IMG/VR virus record: IMGVR_UViG_3300042197_003344 | Span: 13,299-77,298 of that record | Source: a virus | Strand: one strand, 5' to 3' | DNA: 64,000 nucleotides | Notes under the pieces: model-generated | What the model was told of the DNA's origin: nothing | The model's input: only the letters and a program-made list of their open reading frames with translations | The model's database searches: none | Program-made: the position numbers and the translations under genes | Shown: positions 55,866-63,617 of the stretch, piece by piece | Numbering within the stretch: position 1 is the first letter of the stretch | How the letters are laid out: the number at the start of each line of letters is the position of its first letter

Positions 55866-56148
55866 CAGGTTTTTGACAGCTGATACCCTTGCGTTGAACA
55901 TTTCGTCCTCCAATTTGCATATAGTATGAGAATTCTCCACAATTAGGAGACATTCCTAAACGCTTAGAAGTTAGCCGCTCGATCTGGTCGTCAGTGCATT
56001 CTACTCGAACTTTACTGTTTACCTGTTCCCTATTTTCAGTTTCAATAGTTTGATAGGTATAACAGTATTGTGGTTTTTCTGCTGCAATTTTAGGAGCCGA
56101 ACTACAGCCTGCCGCTAACAATGAGACGGCTAAGATAGCCGTCCTCAT
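55819..56148 (-). CDS. Lipoprotein
   Basis: Lipobox LAAGC. Confidence 0.75.
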   Translation of the reverse strand: MRTAILAVSLLAAGCSSAPKIAAEKPQYCYTYQTIETENREQVNSKVRVECTDDQIERLTSKRLGMSPNCGEFSYYMQIGGRNVQRKGISCQKPDGSWEIVNTIGHIVQ

Positions 56149-56630
56149 TATCGAGATGCTTTCTGCTCTTTGGCTTCAGCGATCAATTGATCGAATACTG
56201 ACTTAGGCATCTTTAGTCGAACGAATGTGTAGTGACGTCCGTTCATTGTAAAATGCCCTACTTCTCGATTGATGTGTTCACGAATAGTGGTATCTCTTAC
56301 AACATAAGAAATTTTAGTAAATGTCTTTTTCTTATCATTGTCAAACACAATTTCAGTATTGCTGTTTACTTCACTGTTAATGCGTTTGGCGAAGTTATTC
56401 ATGGCAATGGCATACATCTGTTCTTCAGCGGCCTGTGCGTGAATACTTTCACCGGCACCGCAGGCATATGCGAATTCTTTACTCCACCAGAACCAGCCTT
56501 CTGTTCCAGCCTGAGCGCAATCCTGATACCAGCTGGGCTGTGCGTAGGTCTTGCGTTCTTCGATACCTTTCATTGATGAACAGCCAGTAATAGCCGCAGC
56601 TATCAAACCAACTACTAGAGCCTTTTTCAT
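56148..56630 (-). CDS. Lipoprotein (LPP20-like)
   Basis: Lipobox ITGC; QPSWY..YACGAGES. Confidence 0.7.
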   Translation of the reverse strand: MKKALVVGLIAAAITGCSSMKGIEERKTYAQPSWYQDCAQAGTEGWFWWSKEFAYACGAGESIHAQAAEEQMYAIAMNNFAKRINSEVNSNTEIVFDNDKKKTFTKISYVVRDTTIREHINREVGHFTMNGRHYTFVRLKMPKSVFDQLIAEAKEQKASR

Positions 56631-56665
56631 ATTTGCCTTTCTGTGTGTGAATTACGACAATATAA

Positions 56666-56694
56666 ATTGTAACAGGACCCGAAGGTCCTGTCAA
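56666..56694 (-). promoter_or_regulatory. sigma70 promoter whose spacer is a perfect cUUCGg hairpin
   Basis: TTGACA-17-TACAAT; acaggacc-ttcg-ggtcctgt. Confidence 0.65.
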
Positions 56695-56710
56695 GGTTTT
56701 GATTTGCCAA

Positions 56711-57016
56711 TTATTTGAAAAAGATCAATGCCATCATAATGGCTTGAATGATAAACCCAAAACCAATAGTGATCACATTCAACATATCTTTTTGGACTGC
56801 GGCTTTAACAAACAACAATGAAAGACCGCTCCAAACTAACAATACCAAATCTACTGCCGGCAATCGATCAGTTAATCCTGCCATCACTGCAAGTAGACTG
56901 GGCATAGTGCTAGCGTGCAGGGTAATAATCGCTAGCCAACCGAATGTTTCTGCTGAAATGTGACTGATTTTATTCTGAACGAAATCTTTAAAATCTTTAA
57001 GTTCAAAGTTTGGCAT
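56711..57016 (-). CDS. Membrane protein (3 TM)
   Basis: Hydrophobic segments. Confidence 0.7.
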   Translation of the reverse strand: MPNFELKDFKDFVQNKISHISAETFGWLAIITLHASTMPSLLAVMAGLTDRLPAVDLVLLVWSGLSLLFVKAAVQKDMLNVITIGFGFIIQAIMMALIFFK

Positions 57017-57569
57017 AATTTTCCTTTTCTTTTCCGCGATAAAAAATGTGTTGTCCGATCTTACCTATCTTTTCCAGAGGCCATCTCGGGTTAACGTAGG
57101 TGGCATGATAATATAGAGCATCTTTGAGAATGTCCAATCGGAAGTTTTCCAAAAGAACTTTTTTAGCAACAGCGTAACTTTCATTATAGGCCTCCTTGTT
57201 CACTGGTCTAGTTTTGGTAGCAGAATCACAATGCCAACTAAATTGACAGATGACTTTTTCCATCACTACCGTTTTTTGATGCACAACTGCACAGACATCT
57301 TTGGGAAATGCAGGGTGGGCTACTCTGTTCAGAGTAACTTGTGCAACTGCTACTTTACCTTCAAATGGTTCATAGCCAGCTTCGCGATAGATGTTCATCG
57401 CTAGGCATTCTAGTTGGCGCTCTCTGGTTTTGATTGAAACAACGTCTTGAGAATATAGAGCGTTGTCTTCTTTCAATTTTTCAAATTTATTTTGAGTAAG
57501 CGCACTTAAACTATAGGCAAGAAAATACAGGCCTACAATACAGGTTAAAAACTTAATTGACTTTTCCAT
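57003..57569 (-). CDS. Cell wall hydrolase (SleB/Hydrolase_2)
   Basis: CLAMNIYREA, AVAQVTLNRV, CQFSW, YYHA..P.W, IGQHIFY. Confidence 0.9.
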   Translation of the reverse strand: MEKSIKFLTCIVGLYFLAYSLSALTQNKFEKLKEDNALYSQDVVSIKTRERQLECLAMNIYREAGYEPFEGKVAVAQVTLNRVAHPAFPKDVCAVVHQKTVVMEKVICQFSWHCDSATKTRPVNKEAYNESYAVAKKVLLENFRLDILKDALYYHATYVNPRWPLEKIGKIGQHIFYRGKEKENYAKL

Positions 57570-57628
57570 AAGTCCTCCTTTCATTTGGTGTTGCGATCGA
57601 TTGCAACATTACATTAAGGGAGTAAACT

Positions 57629-57766
57629 TTCACGAGGCTCTAAATGAAGAACCCTGGGTTCGTGTAGTTTGTCTCCATTGGACGCAGAATCTCATAACTT
57701 CTGTGCCTTTGGAGCCTTGACCGCCCGAATCTCACGGGTTTCTCATAGGCCAAGACTCGCGGAACC
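57629..57766 (-). ncRNA. Candidate structured cis-regulatory RNA upstream of SleB hydrolase
   Basis: cgcgag/ctcgtg, ttggcc/ggtcaa, cccg/cggg, cagaa/ttctg, ggctc/gagcc; three TGAGA loops. Confidence 0.5.
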
Positions 57767-57865
57767 TGTTCGTCTAGTGAGTACTTAGATTCAACTATCT
57801 TAGTTTCTTTGCGAAACGTAGTAATATATAGTTCAACTTTCATATTATAGCACGAAAATAGGCAA

Positions 57866-58261
57866 TTATCGACGCATTTTGGCGATATCTTGCGCTTCTT
57901 CGTCCGAAAAAATTGGTACAGCATTGCTCTTGTGCATAGTGCCGATCCCTTTTATCTTAGTACCAGTATAGACTTTTTGTTCTGGTTTAGTACAAGGACT
58001 CATATCTGTAGGATTCAAACTAGGAATCCTAGGACCAGTATCTCGTCGATACGGTGCAGATTGAGTAGGTAGCATCACAGCCGCAACCATAGCACGTTTT
58101 CGTTTACGTTCTTCTTGTTCGATGCCCCATTTTTTCTGTAGAGCCTTCCAATCTTCGTCCAATTGTCTAGCCTTTCTGGCTTCATCTGCATTACGAAACT
58201 TACGTTTGCCTTTTTTCTTGCCTGTGGTACTGAGCCACGGACCTTCCAAATGCATACTCAT
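57866..58261 (-). CDS. Conserved basic phage protein
   Basis: YTGT..GIGTMHKSNAVP..IAKMRR. Confidence 0.75.
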   Translation of the reverse strand: MSMHLEGPWLSTTGKKKGKRKFRNADEARKARQLDEDWKALQKKWGIEQEERKRKRAMVAAVMLPTQSAPYRRDTGPRIPSLNPTDMSPCTKPEQKVYTGTKIKGIGTMHKSNAVPIFSDEEAQDIAKMRR

Positions 58262-58292
58262 TGCAGTCTCCAAAAACTGTTACTGATGTAAT

Positions 58293-58321
58293 ACTATAAC
58301 ATCTTTATAACAGACTGTCAA
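58293..58321 (-). promoter_or_regulatory. sigma70-type promoter
   Basis: TTGACA-17-TATAGT. Confidence 0.7.
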
Positions 58322-58322
58322 G

Positions 58323-58349
58323 AAAAAGCCCACCGAAGTGAGCCTTTTT
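58323..58349 (-). terminator. Intrinsic terminator after pqqA
   Basis: ggctcac-ttcg-gtgggct then T tract. Confidence 0.75.
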
Positions 58350-58365
58350 GGTTTTTACCGATTAA

Positions 58366-58437
58366 TTAACGGTTCATAACGTAAAGCGTCACTTCAAACC
58401 CATAACGCATTTCAACTGCTTCTGGTTTGGTCCACAT
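58366..58437 (-). CDS. pqqA: PQQ precursor peptide PqqA (23 aa, not in ORF track)
   Basis: MWTKPEAVEMRYGFEVTLYVMNR with ExxxY; RBS AAGGAG. Confidence 0.92.
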   Translation of the reverse strand: MWTKPEAVEMRYGFEVTLYVMNR

Positions 58438-58548
58438 AGTGTTTCTCCTTTCTAACAATAAAACATACTTGTATTGCAACAGTATGTATCACTATTATAA
58501 TACGTAAACTACCTGAAAACCATACGCAAAATCATTAAAAGCCACTAA

Positions 58549-59751
58549 TCACTGACGCTTGAACTTGGCTGCTTCTTCCGAACCGCCAGTGGCATTGCCC
58601 TTGCTGTAGCTGTGAGCACCGACACCTGCGAGATTACCACCCTGTACCACTAGATACTCGTTTCGTATAGGGCGATTTTCAAAATAGCATTCCAGCACTT
58701 CTCGAACACCTGCGGCATATCTAGTCTGTGCCGAAAGGCTGGTTCCGGAGATATGCGGTGTCATACCGTGCCAAGGCATAGTCCTCCAAGGGTGATCCTG
58801 AGGTGCAGGCTGAGGGAACCAAACGTCACCAGCATAGCCTGCCAGCTGACCAGATTCTAAGGCGCGGGCCACAGCATCTCGGTCACAGATCTTTCCGCGA
58901 GCAGTGTTGACGATGTAGGAACCTCTCTTCATCTTAGAGATCATTTCCTCGTTGAACAGATGCTCGGTTTCTGGGTGAAGAGGGCAATTGATGGTTACGA
59001 TGTCCACGGCCTTGACCATATCTTCCACAGTGGGATGCCAGGTTAGATTCAGTTCCTCCTCTACTGATTCGGGCAAGCGATGGCGATCATAGTAGTGTAG
59101 ATGCACGTCAAATGGTTTCAACAGCCTCAGTACTCTCAACCCAATGCGACCTGCAGCCACAGTTCCTACGTGCATACCTTCGATGTCATAGCTACGACTC
59201 ACACAGTCGGCGATGTTCCAACCACCGGCCACTACCTGTTGATAGCTGGGGATGTAGTTGCGAACCAGACTCAGCATCTGCATAACCACGTGTTCTGCCA
59301 CTGAGTTGGAGTTACAGTAGGTGATCTCAGCCACTGTGATATTTTTCTCCATAGCCGCTTGGAGATCCACGTGATCGCTGCCGATACCTGCGGTCAATGC
59401 CATCTTGAGCTTGGGAGCTCGGGCGATGCGGTCTGCGGTGAGATAAGCGGGCCAAAACGGTTGGCTGATCACGATTTCTGCATCGTGTAGATGTTTTTCA
59501 AATTCCGAATCAGCCCCATCCTTGTCTGAGGTTACCACTAGCTCGTGTCCGAGACTCTCAAGGAACTTTCTCAGGCCTAGCTCTCCGGTAACGCTGCCCA
59601 ACAGCTGGCCTCTATCAAAGTCCACACTGCGAGGATTAGGTAATGTCTGTCCGTCGGGATATTTTGTAATTACTGGAATATCATCTCTTGCATAGCTTGT
59701 GGGATGTCCTTGAACTGGATCATCATAAAGCACACATAAAACCTTTGCCAT
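58549..59751 (-). CDS. fdh: NAD-dependent formate dehydrogenase
   Basis: MAKVLCVLYDDP, ISQPFWP, AGIGSDH, AAGRIG, YYDRH, PQPAP.DHPWR, TPHISG. Confidence 0.96.
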   Translation of the reverse strand: MAKVLCVLYDDPVQGHPTSYARDDIPVITKYPDGQTLPNPRSVDFDRGQLLGSVTGELGLRKFLESLGHELVVTSDKDGADSEFEKHLHDAEIVISQPFWPAYLTADRIARAPKLKMALTAGIGSDHVDLQAAMEKNITVAEITYCNSNSVAEHVVMQMLSLVRNYIPSYQQVVAGGWNIADCVSRSYDIEGMHVGTVAAGRIGLRVLRLLKPFDVHLHYYDRHRLPESVEEELNLTWHPTVEDMVKAVDIVTINCPLHPETEHLFNEEMISKMKRGSYIVNTARGKICDRDAVARALESGQLAGYAGDVWFPQPAPQDHPWRTMPWHGMTPHISGTSLSAQTRYAAGVREVLECYFENRPIRNEYLVVQGGNLAGVGAHSYSKGNATGGSEEAAKFKRQ

Positions 59752-59866
59752 ATTTCCTCCATAAAAAAATAGCTGGTACAATACTTAGTACTAATTTTTT
59801 TTTATTATCAATAAAGTGAAAGATGTGCAATGAAATAAGCAATATCGATTTCTTATTAAATACCAT

Positions 59867-60100
59867 ATGAAAATCGCAGACCTAGATAATACCAGAGAAA
59901 TAATTGCTCATCTTACACATCATGGATATTATTCCGAGGATTTGATATCGTCAGCGATGAAAGGGTTTACCTTTTATGAATTCGATCTCAACGATCTAGG
60001 ATTTCCCGAACCACAAGAATTGTTAGCAGCGTGGCTGGCAGTAAAAAATCAAATTGTGCTTGAAAATCTGCCAACAATGTTCCCAAGTCCATTTTTCTGA
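59867..60100 (+). CDS. Possible small late gene
   Basis: TAAATA 4 nt before ATG; overlaps 3' end of GT gene. Confidence 0.35.
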   Translation: MKIADLDNTREIIAHLTHHGYYSEDLISSAMKGFTFYEFDLNDLGFPEPQELLAAWLAVKNQIVLENLPTMFPSPFF

Positions 60101-61045
60101 AGATTCTCTTACACGATCTCTGTTATAGTTGGCAGCTATGCGGATACTCAAGGCTAAATTTTCACTCATATGTCCATTTGTTCCCTGCTCTAAGATATCT
60201 ATTGGACCGGGAACCGGATAAGCAGCCACTGGGGTACCTAAACTTAAACTTTCTATAATAACTATCCCAAAGGTGTCTGTGCGACTAGGAAAACAAAATA
60301 CATCCGCTTGTGCATAACAATTTGCCAAATCGCTTCCTGATTGATATCCTAAAAATTTAACCTTAGAATATTTCTTTTCTAGTTCGTTTCTGTAAGGCCC
60401 ATCTCCAACTATTGTAATATCAAATTCATTTTCTAGACAGCACAAGTCGTCAAGATTTTTTTCTTTACTAACACGGCCAACATATAACACTGAAAGATTT
60501 AAATGTAGATATTTGTTATGACTCCATTTAATACTAGTTGAAAGAGTTTCTCGATCGACTCCTCTAGTCCAAGGTATGATGTCTCCCTTGAATCCATTTT
60601 TTTTGAGATCATTGACCATAGTATCTGTAGTGGTTAAAACGCGACCTGAATGTTTATGAAACCAGCGCACATAGGCATAGGTCCAACTCGTAGGAATATG
60701 ATATATTTCTTTTATAAATTCAGGAAATTTAGTGTGGTAACTAGTATTGTAACGATAGCCGCGTTGGTCAAGATAAAGTCTAGCACACAGACCAATAGGA
60801 CCCTCCGTGGCGATATGTATATAATCCGGAGATATCTCCTCAATCTTCTTGCCGATCTTCCAAGGAAGGCTAAGTTTAACCTCAGGGTAGCCTGGGCAAC
60901 TAAAATGTAGGAACTGCCCGGGATCAAGGTATAAAATGCTATACCCGTCCAGAACAGCGTGTTTCTCAATATTCTTGAAAGTCGTAACCACGCCATTTAT
61001 CTGCTCCCGGAGGTTATCTGTTATAACTAAGATTGTTTTTGTCAT
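60023..61045 (-). CDS. GT4 glycosyltransferase (Agt-like)
   Basis: TD..QINGVV.T, HIATEGPIG, YHTKFPE, VGRVSKEKN, TDTFG..E. Confidence 0.9.
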   Translation of the reverse strand: MTKTILVITDNLREQINGVVTTFKNIEKHAVLDGYSILYLDPGQFLHFSCPGYPEVKLSLPWKIGKKIEEISPDYIHIATEGPIGLCARLYLDQRGYRYNTSYHTKFPEFIKEIYHIPTSWTYAYVRWFHKHSGRVLTTTDTMVNDLKKNGFKGDIIPWTRGVDRETLSTSIKWSHNKYLHLNLSVLYVGRVSKEKNLDDLCCLENEFDITIVGDGPYRNELEKKYSKVKFLGYQSGSDLANCYAQADVFCFPSRTDTFGIVIIESLSLGTPVAAYPVPGPIDILEQGTNGHMSENLALSIRIAANYNRDRVRESSEKWTWEHCWQIFKHNLIFYCQPRC

Positions 61046-61932
61046 TGAATCTTTAACTTGATAAAATCCACAATACGCTGGGCCATGTCCTGTCCGCAGT
61101 ACTGGTCCATGCCTTCAAAGCCTGGGCTTGAATTGGCTTCACAAATTTTGTAACCATCCTTGTCAAACAACAAATCAACACCTGCTATCTGCAGGCCCAG
61201 CACACGGGCAGTTTCACGGGCTAGATAATCTACTTCATCTGTTATCTCAAACAGTTCAGCAGTGCCGCCTTGGCTGATATTGGCACGAAAGTCTCCTTCC
61301 GCGCCTGTGCGTTTCATTGCTACTACTGTCTTGCCGCCTATGACCCATACTCGAAGATCGGTGCCAGGTTGTGCATCCACAAACTCCTGTATGATCATAG
61401 TTTTCTTTAGACTTATGCTGGCCAGCAGGCTCATCAAACCTGCAAAGTCTTTTTTGTTATGGCACAGGTGAACTGTTTTGCCCTTGCTACCGCTAGTGGC
61501 TTTGACCACACAAGGGAATCCTATCTCTTTCTCAATTAGTTCAATGTCAACATCACCGTTGACCAATATGGTTTTGGGTATTGGCAAGTTTTCTTTTACC
61601 AACAGTTGACTGGTCAATAACTTGTCAGACACACGACTGATACTGTCAGCATCGTCGATTACAGGAATGCCAAACTTTTCAATTTGACGCATCACTGAAC
61701 GTGTAAAATAATTAGTACCAGCGCCTGTTCTACTTAACACTAGGTCTGGTAGTTCAATTTTTTCGCCTTTGTAACGTATGCTCTTCACACTGTTACGACT
61801 CACAATGATGTCAAAATACTTGGGTTCCAGCACATGACCTTGCATGCCGTTTTTTTTCAAACAGCTCAAAAGGCGTTGATTTTCATAAGAATCTATGTTG
61901 GCAGCATAATGCAAGATCCAAATATGTTTCAT
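61042..61932 (-). CDS. RimK-family ATP-grasp ligase
   Basis: DKL, GSKG, IQEF, DLRV, FRANISQGG, GVDLL, EANSSPGF. Confidence 0.92.
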   Translation of the reverse strand: MKHIWILHYAANIDSYENQRLLSCLKKNGMQGHVLEPKYFDIIVSRNSVKSIRYKGEKIELPDLVLSRTGAGTNYFTRSVMRQIEKFGIPVIDDADSISRVSDKLLTSQLLVKENLPIPKTILVNGDVDIELIEKEIGFPCVVKATSGSKGKTVHLCHNKKDFAGLMSLLASISLKKTMIIQEFVDAQPGTDLRVWVIGGKTVVAMKRTGAEGDFRANISQGGTAELFEITDEVDYLARETARVLGLQIAGVDLLFDKDGYKICEANSSPGFEGMDQYCGQDMAQRIVDFIKLKIQ

Positions 61933-62084
61933 TACTCTGCCGTTTCTTCAAGATCTTCATCAATTTCCAAATTGAAATCTTCTGGCAAGTCTTCTTCATC
62001 TACTGGCGCCGCTACCTCAGGACGAGCAGGCGGATTAAACATGCTGAACCAAACCCACGGATTGAAAATATTAAACCACATCAT
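61932..62084 (-). CDS. Acidic 50-aa peptide coupled to RimK-like gene (not in ORF track)
   Basis: MMWFNIFNPWVWFSMFNPPARPEVAAPVDEEDLPEDFNLEIDEDLEETAE; TAATG overlap. Confidence 0.65.
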   Translation of the reverse strand: MMWFNIFNPWVWFSMFNPPARPEVAAPVDEEDLPEDFNLEIDEDLEETAE

Positions 62085-62220
62085 CTTTCTCCTTTGTCCA
62101 AGTAATTATCTCCCATCGACCGTTATGGTGCTCAACTAAGGCTGTATTCTTAAAGGTCGTAACCACGCCATTTATCTGATCCGGTAAGTTATCGGTAACT
62201 ATTAAGATTTTTTTATGCAT
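62071..62220 (-). pseudogene. In-frame chimera of GT4 N-terminus and phosphoesterase C-terminus
   Basis: MHKKILIVTDNLPDQINGVVTTFKN + TALVEHHNGRWEIITWTKEKDDVV. Confidence 0.8.
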
Positions 62221-62378
62221 TCCCCTTTTACCCTAAAACTTTCAAACTTGAGCCAATATGTCATAGATGATAGTACTTTTTCACATTGTTCTTGGCTATC
62301 AAAGTTTAGAAACACTCTTCCCGGTACGTCCTGCGGATTGTTTATGTGTACCGCTATCAATATCATCAACCACATCAT
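62202..62378 (-). CDS. Small protein (58 aa, not in ORF track)
   Basis: MMWLMILIAVHINNPQDVPGR..C..C; RBS AAGGAG. Confidence 0.6.
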   Translation of the reverse strand: MMWLMILIAVHINNPQDVPGRVFLNFDSQEQCEKVLSSMTYWLKFESFRVKGECIKKS

Positions 62379-63129
62379 CTCGCTCCTTGGTCCATGTTAC
62401 GATCTTCCAACGACCATCCCAATGTTCGACTAGAGCAGTACATGACTCTACCCAGTCGCCGTCATTCATATATATGATACCGTCTATATCTTTGATCTCT
62501 GCGTGATGTATATGTCCGCAGATCACTCCATCAAATCCACGCTTCTTACAGTGTGCGGCTAGATTACGTTCAAACTGAAATATAAAATCAACTGCTTTTT
62601 TTACTCTGTGTTTGAGAAACTTACTAAGAGACCAATAACCAAAACCAAACCTATGCCTAATCCAATTAAATCTTGAATTGAGAGCGAGTACAAAGTCATA
62701 TGCTTTATCTCCTAAGAATGAAATCCAAGGTGCTAGTCTTGTTATACCATCAAACAAGTCACCGTGCACCACAAGATAATGTTTGTTATCAATACCTATG
62801 TGCTCTATTTGATTTACGATTTCTATATTGCCAAAGCCGATGCCGTAAGGCATCAAGGGTCTTAAGAATTCATCGTGATTACCTGATACATAAATCACAC
62901 GAGTTCCACGCTTGGCGTGGCCCATAACTCTACGAACTACATTGGTGTGACTTTGTTTCCAACGCCATTTGTTTTGTTGGATTTTCCATGCGTCAATGAT
63001 GTCACCTACCAGGTAAAGAGTGTCGCAGGTGTTGTGTTTGAGAAAATTGTTTAGAGCCTCGGCTTTGCAATCTCTTGTACCAAGGTGAACATCAGAGATA
63101 AAAATAGAGCGATAAGTTTTGGCCGACAT
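62299..63129 (-). CDS. UDP-2,3-diacylglucosamine hydrolase-like/PlcP-like metallophosphoesterase
   Basis: FISDVHLG, VGDIID, GNHD, HGD, CGHIH, NDGDWVESCTAL. Confidence 0.88.
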   Translation of the reverse strand: MSAKTYRSIFISDVHLGTRDCKAEALNNFLKHNTCDTLYLVGDIIDAWKIQQNKWRWKQSHTNVVRRVMGHAKRGTRVIYVSGNHDEFLRPLMPYGIGFGNIEIVNQIEHIGIDNKHYLVVHGDLFDGITRLAPWISFLGDKAYDFVLALNSRFNWIRHRFGFGYWSLSKFLKHRVKKAVDFIFQFERNLAAHCKKRGFDGVICGHIHHAEIKDIDGIIYMNDGDWVESCTALVEHWDGRWKIVTWTKERDDVVDDIDSGTHKQSAGRTGKSVSKL

Positions 63130-63191
63130 AGCCATATTTATCGCTCTTGGGTGTGTGTAAGATTACAGATCAGTTACAAGTCCTACCCAAC

Positions 63192-63617
63192 TCATTGTGT
63201 GTCTCCTTGTGTTTGTTTTGCTATGGATTTGTAGCCCTTATAGGTGGGGTGAACACCATCGGGGCTAATATCGTGAGAACGGCTATCGATAACGAAATCG
63301 TTGAATTTGTCTGCTACTTTCTTTACGTTGTTTCTTTTCGTATCTTTGATAGCAGGCAATATCCAATAGACTCTATCTGCTTTGACTAACTGCCTAAGAG
63401 TTAACAATTCTTCGTAAGTGTTAATACTCTTATAATCATTTGATCCAAGGCTGATAATTACTGTTTTGGCCTCTTTGTAATTAGATCGCGTATAAAGTAT
63501 ATGTCTATTCACATAATCATAACTGTTAATACCGCTAACAGCATAGGTAGTACAATCTTTTCGAATCTGTCCAACTCCAACTGCTAGGCTATCGCCTAAG
63601 ATCAAACATTCTAACAT
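63192..63617 (-). CDS. SGNH/GDSL hydrolase-like
   Basis: GDSL, LGSND, DGVHP. Confidence 0.8.
   Translation of the reverse strand: MLECLILGDSLAVGVGQIRKDCTTYAVSGINSYDYVNRHILYTRSNYKEAKTVIISLGSNDYKSINTYEELLTLRQLVKADRVYWILPAIKDTKRNNVKKVADKFNDFVIDSRSHDISPDGVHPTYKGYKSIAKQTQGDTQ

Noticed and set aside
57640-57924. 94-aa ORF upstream of the SleB hydrolase
   Set aside because: Overlaps the upstream gene, lacks an RBS, and the region is better explained as a structured leader.
58366-58437. PqqA as the substrate of the 1-19 kb SPASM radical SAMs
   Set aside because: About 40 kb away, no PqqD/RRE, and these enzymes have N-terminal twitch domains unlike PqqE.
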